Assembly (NCBI RefSeq): GCF_009914755.1
Contig: NC_060937.1
Length of the DNA stretch: 64,000 nucleotides
Origin: the human T2T-CHM13v2.0 reference genome, Homo sapiens
Strand: one strand, 5' to 3'
The notes beneath the pieces were generated by a model. That model did no database searches. It saw only the letters and a list, made by a program, of their open reading frames with translations, and was not told where the DNA came from. Shown one piece after another: positions 41,859 through 55,560 of this stretch (position 1 is its first letter; each line of letters opens with the position of its first letter). Made by a program: the position numbers and the translations under genes.

Positions 41859-42988
41859 ATTTCTAGAGTCATGGAGTGGTTGCTTTTGACAGTTTTCTCC
41901 AGTTTAATTTCGCTTTTCAGGGAGAGGATATGCTGACATTCTGGAAGTCACGCTCACTGAGTGAATGTTTAGCCTTAGATACCATAGATTTCATTATGAG
42001 AAGTTTGATTTAGCTCTTTCATATATCTTCTATATTTTGATGAAATATTTTGGTGTATGAGATATAGCTATGATAAGTGGTTTGTCATCCTCATCTGTTA
42101 ATTTAAGTTTGGAATCAGATTTAATTGATTCACATTTCTCCTATTATATGTTGTTTTTCCTACTTCTTTGCATTCCTGATTATTTGTTTGTTTGTTTTTG
42201 GATGCCAAACTTTGTGACTATTACCTTCCTGTAGGCAGGATAGTTCTTATTCTTATGCATATTCTTGAAAAATTTTTCTGAAATTCAATAAAGTGACTTG
42301 GAAACATTTTTATATTTCTGTTCTTGGTTTTAATATTTGATAGTTGTGGCTGGAACCATGCTCAGTGTGGGGGTATTTTTCACTCCTGAGGTAAGACAGT
42401 TCTCTGTCCACTAATCTATCTATCATCCTATGAATCAGAGTTTATTTCTGGCAGTGTGTGAGCACAAGTCACTGTTAGCACTAGTGTCTGTGGGTAGCAC
42501 TAGTGTGTGTGTGTAGGTGTGTGTACGCAGGCATGTATGCTTAAGTTTTCATCTTGATACTCCATCTTACTCTCTTGGTCTCCCTAAACTCTTGGCTTTC
42601 TCTTCTCATCTCAAGGAGTCTGCCAGCATTGCATGGATTCTTCCAACCTGAACCATGGACTGGAAACTCTGTCAAGGTATTTAGCTGTGACAAACACATG
42701 GCTCAGCTAATGTGTTGTCAACTCATAGGGATCATTGCCAGTTTTTGCTTCTGTCCATTCATGTTTGGAAAATTATTATTTTATTTATTTTGTCAATTTT
42801 TTGCATATATTCAGAAGGAGGAAGAAGTTCCTTGAATTATCTTTCAGATTCAATTAAGTTTTGGTAAGAAATCTAATGAACATGTATCAAAGGCACAAAG
42901 AATAGTAAAACTGTGATAACTAACAAAAAGACTTCTTATTCTTTTAAATTAGCAGATAAAATAATCAACTTCATAGATACCTACATCA

Positions 42989-43292
42989 TCAGGGACAACT
43001 TATCTATTAAGCACAGTGCCTATGGCCTCCAATAATTTTGGATGCCCACACAAATGTTTTAATTTCTATTAAAATCAGAAAAACAAATAAATAAGCTTTT
43101 AGGTGAAAATAAATTCCAATATGTAATGTTTGCATTCTTGTCTTTATATCAGTGAAGTTGTTATATCTATATCTATATCTATATCTATAGATATAGATAT
43201 AGATATATCTATATATATATTTTTTTTAAAGGAGAAAGGAAATCGTAAAGACAAAAATGCTCAGGGCCCACAAAAGCCATAATGCAATTTCA
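42989..43292. mobile_element. hAT-Tip100-like DNA transposon (MER91/ORSL-like)
   Basis: cagggacaacttatctattaagcacagtgcctatggcc...gcccacacaaatgttttaatttc...cagggcccacaaaagccataatgc. Confidence 0.5.
43162..43220. repeat. (TATATC)n/(GATATA)n microsatellite containing a perfect 40-bp palindrome (43168-43207)
   Basis: tatatctatatctatatcta|tagatatagatatagatata. Confidence 0.95.
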
Positions 43293-44214
43293 TACTAACC
43301 TGTTGTTCTTATTCATGATTGTAAACCTTGTACTTGATTCACTGTCTTCCTTTATACTCAGAGACAATTTATTATTTATGATGATTTCAGTAGTCAGGTG
43401 GATAAAGTTTCAGCAGTCTGATCCAGCCATTTGCTTGAAATTTTCAACACTAGTCATATTCAATGTCAATATACTTCAAGCACTCACTCCGACAGTCTTA
43501 ACCTACATTTATTTAGAAATGCTCTACTTTGAAACAGTAGCTTCAAATTCTTCATTCTTGCACTATAATTTCTGATTGTTACAGCAGTCTAATTTTGTTT
43601 CTTAGACTGTTCTTCAAACTCTAGCCCTCTGATTTCAATCTCAATTCAATCTCTGTATCTATCTTCATTTCTTTCCCTAAAATATTTTTATGATATTTGA
43701 CTACATTTAAGTCAAGATGGTCAACTTTTATATCTATTATATATAAGTTAAGAAATACCACATCTGACTCACTGTACTTATTTGACTAATTTTGTTTTAA
43801 GGCAAGGTCTCTGAGTGATATTAGAGAAAATAACTCATATAGAATGTTTGCAGTAAACACAGTGTCCAATTTTAACTGACCCCACAAAGCTGTCCTAAAA
43901 TCTCGAGGTTTCACTATTATCTTTTCACATTTACTCCATCAGGCATTAGAAAGTTTCTCCACTATCAAAACTACACCTCCATTATGCCTTTTTTCACATC
44001 AGCAAATGACCAAGGTGAATTAAACCGTTAACTAGGAAACTCTTACATGTCTTGATCATGTCCGCATTTGTAATAGCAGTCACATCTACATTTCCTTTCC
44101 TCTTACAAAATAAAAGTATCTTTTCTCCCAATCAAAACCAGTGCCTCCACGAGTGAACTCAATCAGGTTTTAAAGAACAACTGATAATAAACCTTATGAA
44201 ACTTTAATTACCAT

Positions 44215-44335
44215 ACAAAATACTGGCAGATCTTACTTAGCATACTGATTTAGGATAAGACCTCAAATTTTGTATTTCTAATGAGTTTTGGGAGGATGCT
44301 TAATGCTTCTGGCTCATAGGACATGCTTTATGTAA
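44215..44335. mobile_element. MER5A fragment
   Basis: aattttgtatttctaatgagttttgggaggatgcttaatgcttctggctcataggacatgcttt. Confidence 0.5.
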
Positions 44336-44633
44336 AATGAATATAACATATTTTACCATATTAAACACCCTTTTTTCCTTATCTTTAACTTCTTTAGTTT
44401 CTCCTTTATTTTTACATGTTTATTTAAACTCAAGTTGCCATCTTACATCTTAGAAAATATTTTTTGACTTCAGGACAACTCCACTTATTGTTATCTATTT
44501 CCTCCCTTCTACAAACTTCATGTGAATGGAATTTAAAATTTACCCTTAAATTTCTTTCTTCCTACTTGTTTGTCAATGTTATTACACTCTGGTTTCCACC
44601 CCCATGATTTTACTAAAACTGGTATTGACATAG

Positions 44634-44739
44634 TTACCAAAGAACTTTAACAAATTTTACTTTAACCAAAGACCTTTAACAAATTTAAACAAATTTACCA
44701 AATTTAAACAAATTCACCAGAAAACTTTAACAAATTCTA
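44634..44739 (+). repeat. Imperfect short tandem repeat (ctttaacaaatt / ttaaacaaatt units)
   Basis: About six a(a/c)caaatt cores within ~105 bp. Confidence 0.75.
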
Positions 44740-46051
44740 ACTGAATGAATATTTTTCTTCATCTCTTTTCTTATTTTTATTTTATTTACATTTCATTGTT
44801 CTATGGTGATAGTGTCATACACTCTTCCTTTTTGGATATTTTCCATGTTTCCTCTAGTTCTGTTTCAACCATACTACAATATTCTTTGTCTTTTGTGTAC
44901 ATTTTTATTTCCTTGCAGATTTTCCTCTTTTTCTGTGGATTTTCCTGTTTTTAGCCCTTAGTCCTCTTCTTGGAACATCCTTCCTAAGTGATGGCCATAT
45001 GCATTTTTTCAGTCACTATCTCTATGTTGATTTTCCTTTTTTTTTTTTTATTACCTGTAGTCAATGTTTATTTTCCTTAATCCTAAAGCCACAAATTAAA
45101 CTGCCTACTCGAGAAAAACATGTGGGCAGTTTCTCAGAATCTCCAGCTTCAGTCCCAAACTGATCTTATCCTTCCCCCATGACATCCCTCAGATTATTTT
45201 AGTTTCCTGCGTTTCCTGCCTCAGATAATGCCGACTTCTGCCACAGCTACACAAACTAAAATCTTAAGCCTCATCAACCATACAGGTCCCTGTATCATTA
45301 CATAGACAGCCCACAAATGAACAACTCCCATTGATTCAATCCCCTAATTATTGGTTAAATGCATCCACTTCTCTACATACTACCTGCCATTTATTCATTT
45401 GCATCACCATTACTATTTTTCAGTTTGATTCTCCCATCCATACTAAACTCTTCTTACTGTTGCTTTTCCTTTGTCCCACTATATATATATTTCTTAGAGA
45501 AGACATAAAAATTGTTCTAAAATGCAAATATCTCCATTCCAGTTGTCTACCTAATAGTATTTAAGAGCTTCCATTATCTTCAGTAAAAAGCTGAAACACT
45601 TTAGTGCGCCGTATATACATATAAGCATTTCTTTATAAACTTACCCATGTTTATCTTTTCAGTCTTTTATAAAACACTATTACTTTGTGTTAAAAATATA
45701 GTAACTGTCTTCTTACTTCCCAAACATGTCATTCTTTTTCTTCCTTTCTTTATGTGTGCTGGTCTCTACCAATAACTCTCTTACTCTTTTATTTCTATCA
45801 CAAATTCCTCTCAACCTTAAAAGCCTCTGAGATATCAGTACACACATTTGTTAGCTATTACCCTTCTGTTCCCTTATATTCCAAGGAATACACCTATTAT
45901 AGTGTGTTTTACCTGGCAATATTATTGTGTTTTACTTATTTGTAGTTCTTATCACTGTAAATTTTTTGAGGGCAGGATATTGCATATCATTGTAATCACA
46001 ACTACAATAGAGCTAAATCCACAATATGCATGGATTAAATGCCTTTTTTGG

Positions 46052-46318
46052 GGGGCTCACACCCGTAATCCCAGCACTTTGGGAGGCTCAGGTGGGAAGC
46101 TCACCTGAGGTCAGGAATTCAAGACCAGCCTGACCAACATGGCGAAACCCTGTCTCTACTAAAAATACAAAAATTAGCCGGGCATGGTGGTGGGCACCTA
46201 TAATCCCAACTATTTGGGAGACTGAGGCAGGAGAATTTCTAGAACCCAGAGGCAGAGGTTGCAGTGAGCCGAGATCGTGCCATTGCACTCTAGCCTGGGC
46301 GACCAAGTGAGACTCATT

Positions 46319-46351
<33 letters not shown>
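46052..46351 (+). mobile_element. AluSx with a (CA)n tail
   Basis: Dimer followed by (CA)n at 46319-46351. Confidence 0.92.
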
Positions 46352-47699
46352 GCCATTAAAGGCTGTTGTGACATTCATTTTGTCTGAAGCTAAATAAAAA
46401 TTATTCAGCTAGAGTACCTAAATAGTGGTCAATAACTATCAACTCTAAAATGGATTAAGGCTTCTCTATATGTTGGTATGTTTTTCTTGTCAAAAATAGA
46501 TTCAGCTTAATCAGATTACTTTATAACATTTTGACTACAGTCTTTAAGAAAGTATATTCTAAGTATTTTTTTGATTGGGTATGTCATCATCGGTATAAAA
46601 ATTAGTACAATTTTAGATCAGTCACAGTATTATATAAATATCTAAACTATATGAATTATATTGTTTAGAATTTATTTTCTATTAGTCAAAGGATATAATG
46701 GTTGAAATATATATACAATGAAATGTATGTATGTATTCTTATATTGAGAAAATGGAATATGGAAGGAAATCAAAGAATATTTGAACTAAGAGAAACAATG
46801 ATACTTCTTTCTTACGAAAAATATTAAATACCTGTAACACAAATAAACAACCTACACCAAAAATAATTTTAACCTATATTGAAAATAATTTCACAATGAA
46901 GCAAACATGAATCGTTGTCAATATCTATTTAATTATTTCTCTTGAAGCTTCAACTTAACATTCCAAAATTGAATTTGGCTTCTCTTTACTTTGTTTCCCA
47001 AGTCCCTTTCTCTTCCTGTGCTTATTATATCAGTGCAATCATTTATAATTTCTAGAAGCCAGAAACCTGTTCTTCGACAGATGATTTGTACTTAATTCTT
47101 ACACTGACAAGCTAATAACTAATGAGACATTTTGATTCTATCTCCTAAGTATCTTATAGATGAATGTACACATGGAATATCATCTGACATTCTACTTCAT
47201 CAATATCAACAACAAAATATTTTGACTTGCAGATATTTCAGATGAGGAGTATGGCATACCCCTATTAAGCTTATCTTAGCTGTGATGGCAAACAGAAAAG
47301 CAAAATACGAAGTTTGGAGTTAGTTACCAAGAGACCAGTAGCAAGTAATTACTTCATGTTGACCCTCTCCAAGCCTGATGGGAAGAAGTAGAGCTTTTCA
47401 ATTGATCTGAACTTTTCTGTAGATTTATTTTTCTGTGTATCTGAACTGATCAACAAACTTTAGGACTTTTTTTTTTTTTTTTGAGCAGCTAAAAAGTATT
47501 TGAAAGCTGTACCCACTTATCTGCCCTAATCTGAAGTTTGCATTGTTTATTTCCTGTTCAGTGGTAAACTGAAGGGAAATGAGCCTCCACCCTAGCTCAA
47601 GTTATTGTTTTGGCCAATCTCACACATGGATTATACTTTTGCATTCTTTCCTATTCGCCAAGTTGGTAACTCAAAGGATAAGTGCTTGAGGGAATGGGT

Positions 47700-47815
47700 A
47701 GCCCATTCTCCAAGATTATGCTTATTTCACATTGCATGCCTGTATCAAAACATCTCATGTACCCCATAAATATTTGCAGCTATTATGTGCACATAAAAAT
47801 AAAAAACAAAAAAAT
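47700..47815 (+). mobile_element. L1MA extreme 3' end
   Basis: cacattgcatgcctgtatcaaaacatctcatgtaccccataaatat followed by an A tail. Confidence 0.8.
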
Positions 47816-48214
47816 TAGAATTCATAAACTCAAATTCCTGCTTTAAGGTTGTGAATTAATTACTTATATTTCACCTATAGCACTAGGGTGTATTCAGTAA
47901 AAATGTGATCAGGGAATTTTAAAAATAGTAGTCTATAATTAAGATTAAAATAATTATTTTGCAGTAGAAATATTTTAAAAATGCAAAAAGAGATATGTGT
48001 TATCTTGATTAATAATCATAAGTTCAGTACATCCATTTAACAGCACATTGAACACAGTTTATTTTCGACTCTTCTTTAACTTTACATACATGAAAATATA
48101 TAGAATATGGGTATTTTATGTCTGGCTTCTCTTATTCAATATTATGTTTATGAGATTTATTCAGTTGGTGTGGACATCAACTTTTAAATTTACTTTGATT
48201 ACATAAAGTACTAT

Positions 48215-48892
48215 TGTTAGCAGTGACGAGTCCATGTGGGTCTGCAGCAACCTCAAATCCTGCCTCCTCAGAAGAAAGAATTTGACAGAGGGACAAAAGG
48301 CAGAGTGAGAGACCAGGGCAAGTTTTAGAGCAGGAGAGGTTTATTAAAAAGCCTTAGAGCAGGAATGAAAAGAAGTAAAGTACAGTTGGAAGAGGGCCAA
48401 GCAGGCAACTTGAAAGATCAAGTGCATGGTTTGAATTTTGATTTGGGATTAATATGTTGGCATGCTTCCAGGGGGTTTTGTCCCTTATCCCCATATTCTT
48501 CCGTTGGGGTGGGCTGTCCGCTGTTGGGAGGGGCTGCATGCACAGTGTGTTTACTGGAGTTGTAGGCATGCTCACTTCAGGGTTTCTCCCCTTACCAGTC
48601 AAATGATTCCTAGAAGGTCAAATACCAGTTAAACTCCACAATTGTGCCTCCTAGTGATCATGCTTGAGCCTAATCGCCCAGCTCCTGACATCTTATCAGG
48701 AAGTGGCTGATCACCAGCTTCAGATGTTTCTATCTATTTGGAGGTTGCCATTCTCTGGCACTGGCTGTGACCAATTATTTTGGAGAGACAGTTAACAACC
48801 ACTTGACCATTACGTGATGGTCACCTGGCATTTCTTGATGGTGGGGGTGGTCTCCTGTCCTGCTCATGTCTAACTAGCTACCTATGGTAACA
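48215..48892 (-). mobile_element. MER50-like ERV1 solo LTR
   Basis: Reverse complement starts tgttaccataggtagctagttagacatgagcaggacaggaga; perfect TSD ctat. Confidence 0.85.
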
Positions 48893-49083
48893 CTATATGG
48901 AATTGTATTTCATGATCATGTGACATTTTATTTAGCTACTCTACTGTTACTAAACATTTGGATTTTGGTTTATTTCCCAGAGGTTGACTATAAAAATAAT
49001 GTTTTATGAATATAGTACTATATGCCTTTTGGTGAATAATTTACTTATATTTAGGGGAGAAGTATAAATAGGACATGAAATTC

Positions 49084-49725
49084 TGAAACCTCCATTGCAA
49101 AATTGTAACTGAGACAGTGAAAGAGATCTGAACTAACCAACTCCATCTTGCTTCTAACCTCCACGCTGTCCTTGTTCATTCCTCAGCATATGCTGAAGTA
49201 ACTTTGGGAGGAATTTAGTTTATCATTTAAAACAAAGATGATAACAACGTTTGTCCAAAACAAACCTTTTTCTTGCCTGGGACCTAGTTGTTTAGGAGTC
49301 ATGCAGCTGGAGGCTACAAGATTCTGACACTCCCTAAACTCCTCCTAAAATCAGTGCTTGACATATTTTGCAGACCCTGTACTTGATGGATCAGCTGGCA
49401 CCACCCAGACTGATAAACTGGCTCATCCGATCTTGTGGCCCCTCTACCCAGGAACTGACTTAGCGCAAGAGCTTCAAGTCCTTATGATTTCATCTCTGAC
49501 CCAACCAATCAGTGTTCTTGACTCACTGGCCTTCTCCCACCCACCAAATTATCCTTAAAAACACTGATCCCCAAATGCTCGGGGGAGACTGATTTCAGTA
49601 ATGATAAAACTCTGGTCTCCTGCACAGCTGGCTCTGTGTGAATTAATCTTTCTCTATTGAAAGTCCCCTGTCTTGATAAATCAGCTCTGTCTAGGCAGCG
49701 GGCAAAGTGAATCCACTAGGTGACA
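49084..49725 (+). mobile_element. LTR8 solo LTR
   Basis: tgaaacctccattgcaaaattgtaactgagacagtgaaagagatctga...ggcagcgggcaaagtgaa..gaca; perfect TSD attc. Confidence 0.88.
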
Positions 49726-49878
49726 ATTCTGGGTCACAGGGCATGGTATTTACCTTTGTAAAGAAGTGTACCACCCTTTCACATTCACAGTCTGTAAGTG
49801 TCCACTGATTTCAATTCTCAACATGTTCGATGATTTCAGCCTTTTTAATTACCTGGTAAGCGTGTAGTGGTATCAATT

Positions 49879-50451
49879 CGACAACCAAATTGAGTGACCG
49901 AGGCAGTTGTCCCAATCAATTGAGGTTTATTGAGCCAGCTAGAGGGCTTGCCTGTGAAAAACACAAGTAACAGACGCATCTGTGGCTATTGATTCCAGAA
50001 AGGTTCTCAAGAGGTTTTGTACTTATACATTTTCTTTAAAAAAAAAAAAAGGAGGGGCAGTGAGACAAATGGTTATATACATGTGAGACTTCAGTTAATA
50101 CCCAGTAAATCTACATTTTACACAACATAAGATGAACATATGAAGAAAACGAACACCTCAGGGAGGGGTAAAGTAATGATCAATCTCATCTTGTCTTTGT
50201 TCTGTACCTGGGAAGATAAGTCAGTAACAGACATTACCAGTGTGAGTCTTATAAAAGGGCTGGTTTCTGTTTAGCCTTTAGAGAAGAAAGCCTAATGGTG
50301 GTTACTGAGGGAGGGGGTATAAGAAGGCCTGTCTGACTTCCCAGGCAGCTGTGGCTGGGAACTCAGATTCCAAGGTTTCTCTGGGGTCCCCCCAGTCAAA
50401 AGTGGATCTGTTTAGTCAGTTGGGAGCTTAGAATTTTATTTTTATTCCTCA
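49879..50451 (-). mobile_element. MER4-group ERV1 solo LTR
   Basis: Reverse complement starts tgaggaataaaaataaaattctaagctcccaactgact; TSD aatt/aact. Confidence 0.7.
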
Positions 50452-53400
50452 AACTGTAGATTTATTATATGTCTCCCTGATGGTTAATTAGATTAATAAG
50501 CATCTCACATGCTTATTGACCATTAGGATATCCTCTTCTGTGAAATGCTACCCAAGTCCCAGTTTTTCTGTTGAATGTCCTATCTTTTCTATACTGATTT
50601 ATAGGAGGTCTGTATATTTGTTTATTAAGTCTTGGTTATTAAACTGCATTGAATATCTTTTCTCCCCAAATCCTTGGTGATTACATCTTTTTGCCATCAC
50701 TACAGTTTTTCATTTTCTAGAATGTTATATAATTGGAATTATACAATATGTATTCATTTTAGACTGACTTATTTAACTTGTCAATATGCATTTAAGGTTT
50801 ATATGTCTTTACAGGACTTGGTAGCTTATTTTTAAATCATTGAATAATAATCCATAGTATGAATTTTGGTTGTATCTAGTTTTGAGTGATTATACATAAA
50901 CCTGCTATAAAGATCGACACACAAGCTGTTGTATGGTCATAAGTTTTCAAATGGTTTGGGTAAATATCTAGGAGTGTGACTGCTGGGTCGTATGGTAATA
51001 CTATGTTCAGCTTTTTAAAAACAGCCATACCTTCTTTTAAAATGACTACAACATTTTGCATTCCCATTGGCAATAATTGAAAGCACATGTTTCTCCACAT
51101 CTTCACCAGCCAATGGTATTTTCTGTTTTGGGATTTTAAGCAATCTAATAAATGTGTGAAAATGTTGTCAGAAGTATAATTTTTAATATTGTCTCCCATG
51201 TAGCAAACTTGTTAAACTCAATTTTCATTTTTTAAAATTTCTATTTCATCTGTTATAAATATCTGTTTTTACCTATATTATTTTAAAAACAAATATGAGG
51301 TTTTTGAATATGGAGTTAGATTTATTACTTGAAGTAATGATTTAATCAGTGCTCCACATACCATTCTCTGTCTTCAAAACAATCCAATGAGAGTTTGATG
51401 GTTAGTACTAGGTATATGAAAACTGAGTTTCTTGCACCATCAGTGATATAAAAATATAAACCTGAGAGTTTATATAGAAATTCTGATACTTCTGCATACC
51501 TTTTCTTTTGCCAGAGGGGGAGAAATCTGATTTCCTGAAGATAGTAAACAAATCCTCTCCTGAAAAGAAAGGGAAGGTCTCTCGTTTACAGCTCTTTAGA
51601 ATGTAAATGAATTACTTTGTTTCATCTTCCTTTGAAGTGTAAACGCATACCTTTGGGTAGATTAATCTCTGTCTCTATTTAAAAGTCTCTAATCACTCTT
51701 TAACTCCTCAATCTCGTCTCTTAAATCAGACTAGATTTCTTTGCTTAAAACATCTCAACTATGCAGAAACTTGAAAAATATTCATATTGCTTTTTTTATA
51801 CCATTAGTAGATCAAGTTTGTGTTTTCTCTACACACAATTATATCATTATTTTATGTTTTTCTCCTACCCAAAAGGACTGGCTAGGGCATCTAGTCAATG
51901 TTGAATATATTTGGTGATAATAAGGCATTACTGGATCTTTCCGTTTTCAGGGGAAAATCTTCAAATTTTTATTGTTAAGTAATGTAGTGTTAGAGGTGAT
52001 ATCTTTTCACAAAAATAATTATCAGAAGTTTCTTTCTATTTCTAGTTTACTATGAGTTTTTCACTTAAATGGATGTTAAATATTACAAAATTCTTTTCTG
52101 TGTAGGAAATAACTTAGTTTTTGTCTTTAATGTAGTGCATTACTTTAACTGATTTTTCAAATATAAAATCACTTCTTGACTGAACAATTGTTACCATAAG
52201 TCTATTTGAATAACATTAGAGACATAACATGTTAAGATTTTGTTTAGAAATATTCATCTGTGTTCATAAAAATGATTGTCCTGTAATTTTTCATTTTTAG
52301 AAAGTGTTTTTTATGTTTGGTAACTTTACAAAATTTGGCAGCATGGGATTTTTCTGTAAGTAAATATAAATCAAAATTTTACTTACTAAAATAGAGACAT
52401 GGAGATATTTGGTTTAAAAATTCTTCCATGTCAATTTTTAAATTTATTTTTCTAGAGACTTATTGATTTCATCTACATGAAAATAGTTATTAACATGCAT
52501 TTTTATAATATACTCAAATAGAGACTCAGTATTTGTAAAATTTATAATGATGTGCCATTTGCTATTTTTTTCCTGCTACTACGCTTCACCTATTATTTCT
52601 TTTTTTGCTTCCTTTATTATTTCTGATGATAGCTTTCAGATTATATAGTTTTTGTTAAATATTGTCTTAGAGTTGTCATTCTTATTAGTCTTTTCCAATA
52701 GCCAAATTTGCCATTTTTCTATTTTCTATTTTATTAATGTCTGCTGTTATAACATTTATTAATCTTTTAAACGTTTTGAGTTAAATTTGCTTTCATTCTG
52801 CTTCATTATTAATTAATATTTAGCATTTTCCTAGCAAAGTTCCCTTATTATTTAGCAATGAGACTATATATTCCCGATAAAGGCTCTTTGTTAGATTTAA
52901 GTATTACAGTTTTTGCATTGTATTATTTTTTTCACATCTCTTTTTTTGTATTTAATCAGGTTTAATGAGATATAAATGACATAACCATTTGTAAGTTTCA
53001 TTAGTTTCAACAAATGTATACAGTCATGTAGTTACCTCTTCAATCTAGACGTAGATTGTTACCACTACAGCAGAAAGTTCCCTAAAGCCTCTTTGCTATG
53101 AAACCCTTTCAGCATCCTGGCCCTGATCTTTTTCCTTGTAATTTTACTTTTTTAAAGAATGTTAATATTGGAAATTATAATTTTTGTAGGCTTTATTTCT
53201 TCTAGCATTTTTAACTTAATGTAATATTTATAATAATATGTATTCATAATTATTTATTATAGTTTCATTTTCTTTTATTCAATAAAAAAATTCCAACATA
53301 TTGACTTATCACAAATTATTTCACCACTCTTTAATTGATACTAATTTTAGTTGCTTCTAATTTGAGGCTATTATGCAGAAAGCTGCTATAGAGACCATGT

Positions 53401-54214
53401 GAACCTGATATGATTTACATTTCTTTCTGACAAGAAGTGAATTAGACATACTACCAACTTAGATCATTTTAATCTATTCAGAGATTAGAACATTTAAAAA
53501 CTTAATTTCTGTCAGAATATGGTATTGTTTATTTTATCCTGTGGTGATATCTTAAATGCTTCGAGTATTCACCAGGGCCCTTCAAGTTTAGTAAATCTGA
53601 AATCCATTTTTACCCCTAGTTCTTTCATTCTGATAAAAAAGAAAAGTCTGAACAGTTTCTCTGCTTCTCAATGGCTGGGAACAACAAATGACCCATAGGT
53701 CAGCTCATTTGATTTCTCTTCTCTTAGATATTTAACCATATAAATCCTTATTACCTTGTTAGCTGTGTGATATTTATAGATTATTGTTAATATCAGCAGA
53801 AAGATTGATCTGAAACAGACTCATCAATAATTACCAGAAAGAGAATCTAAGAATACTTTAAAAACAAAACACACAAAATAAAGGTATTTCTATAATTAGT
53901 AAAGGTATTATTTATATTTTAATGTCACTATGAGGATATTCTAATTATAATAACAGTTTGTAAAATACAACTTCAATTATTATTGTTCAAAAGTAATGTT
54001 TAAAACAATGAAAACTTATGTTACATTTATATACCAAATATCTGATTTTTATTTTTCTTTGAAATTTTTATCATTAATTAGATAATGAAAAGGTGTGAAT
54101 CAGAGGGAAGTAGATAATTAAATAATAAATTAGAGGTAGAATTTCAAGTCATTTTGATACTACTGAAAAGATAATCAACTAATAAATTATTAATAATTTA
54201 CTTCTGTTTATTTG

Positions 54215-54595
54215 TGATATTAGTTTCTTAAAACTACTGTAAGAAAGTTCATGGCTTCACACAACATAAATTTATTCTCTCTCAGTCCTCGAGACTAGAG
54301 ATCTAAAATCAATTTTACTGGATAAAGAATAAAGTGACACCAGGGCTTCCTTCCCTCTGGAGGCTCTTGGGAGAATTATTTCCTACTTCTTCAAGCTTGT
54401 ATTTGCTACCATTATTCCTTGACTTGTGACCACATCATTCCAACCTTTTCTTCTTGGACAAATTACCTTTTATATGTGTCAAGTCTTTCTATGCCTCTGT
54501 CTTTTAAAGGTACATGTGATTGGATGTAGGGACTACCAAGATGATCAAAGTCACTCTCCCTATTTGAAGATCTTTATTTTAAGCACATCTGCAAA
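54215..54595 (-). mobile_element. MLT1C/D LTR, truncated
   Basis: ggcttcacacaacataaatttattctctctcagt...ccctctggaggctcttgggagaat...cacatctgcaaa. Confidence 0.8.
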
Positions 54596-55560
54596 ACAAA
54601 ACCAAAAATTAATAGTTGGAACAAATATAAAAATTAGAGCAGAACTAAATAAAATAGAGACTTAAAAAAATGAAAAGAATCAGTGAAATGAGAGGGTTAT
54701 TTTCTGAAAAGATAAAAAAAAAGATAAACCTCTTTCTAGACTCATCAAGAAAAAAATGAAAGAAGACCTAAATAAATGAAATCAGAAATGAGAAAGGACA
54801 CATTACAACTAATACCACAGAAATATAAAATATATTCAGAGACTATTAGGAACAACTACACACACACACACACACACAAAGGAAAAACTTAGAGAAAATA
54901 AATTCCTGGACACGTACAACCTATCAAGATTGAATCAGAGAGAAATAGAAAACTTCAAGAGACCAATAACAAATAATGAGATTAATCAGTATTAATAAGT
55001 CTCTAAACAAAGAAAAGTTCAAGAATGGATGGCTGTACTGGAGAATTCTACCAAACTTTCAAAGAACAAGCACCAATTCTCCTCAAATCATGCCAAAAAA
55101 AAAAAAAAAAAAAAATGGAAGGGAAGGAAATTCTTGCTTACTCATTCCATGAGGCCAGCATTACTGTGATACCGATACCAATACCAGACAAGAATGCAAA
55201 AAAACTAAAACTATAGCCAGATTTCCTTGATAAAAATAGGCGTAAAAATCCTCAAAAAAAATACTAACAAACTGAATCCAATACCAAAATTATAAAACTA
55301 CCAGATGAAAACATAGAAAAAGCACTTCATAGCATTGGTCTAGGCAAATATTTTATGGCTAACGCATCAAAAGCACAGACAACAAAACTAAAAGTAGACA
55401 GATGGGACTATATTGTACTAAAAGCTTCTGTACAGCTAAGGAAACAATCAACAGAGCAAAGAGACAAACTACCTAATGGGAAAAAATATTTGTAACCAAT
55501 TTACTTAACAAGAGACTATTATTTAGAATATAAAAAGAACTCAAATAACTCAGTAGCATG
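54596..55560 (+). mobile_element. L1PB/MA ORF2 fragments with an internal deletion near 55285
   Basis: DGCTGEFYQTFKEQAPILLK...SFHEASITVIP matches L1 ORF2. Confidence 0.85.

Larger units (their letters stand above)
43300..46030 (+). mobile_element. L2 (long decayed 3' portion)
   Basis: ctctggtttccacccccatgattttactaaaactg, aactgcctactcgag, cactgtaaattttttgagggcagga. Confidence 0.6.
48030..53400 (-). mobile_element. Old L1M (MC/MD/ME) fragments hosting three ERV1 LTRs
   Basis: tctggcttctcttattcaatattatgtttatgagatt; ORF 50876-51199 (KLNIVLPYDPAVTLLDIYP) is the L1 ORF2 C-terminus. Confidence 0.7.

Noticed and set aside
55025-55216. L1 ORF2 peptide as a functional LINE
   Set aside because: Fragment with a poly-A expansion, a large internal deletion and no ORF1 or 5' UTR
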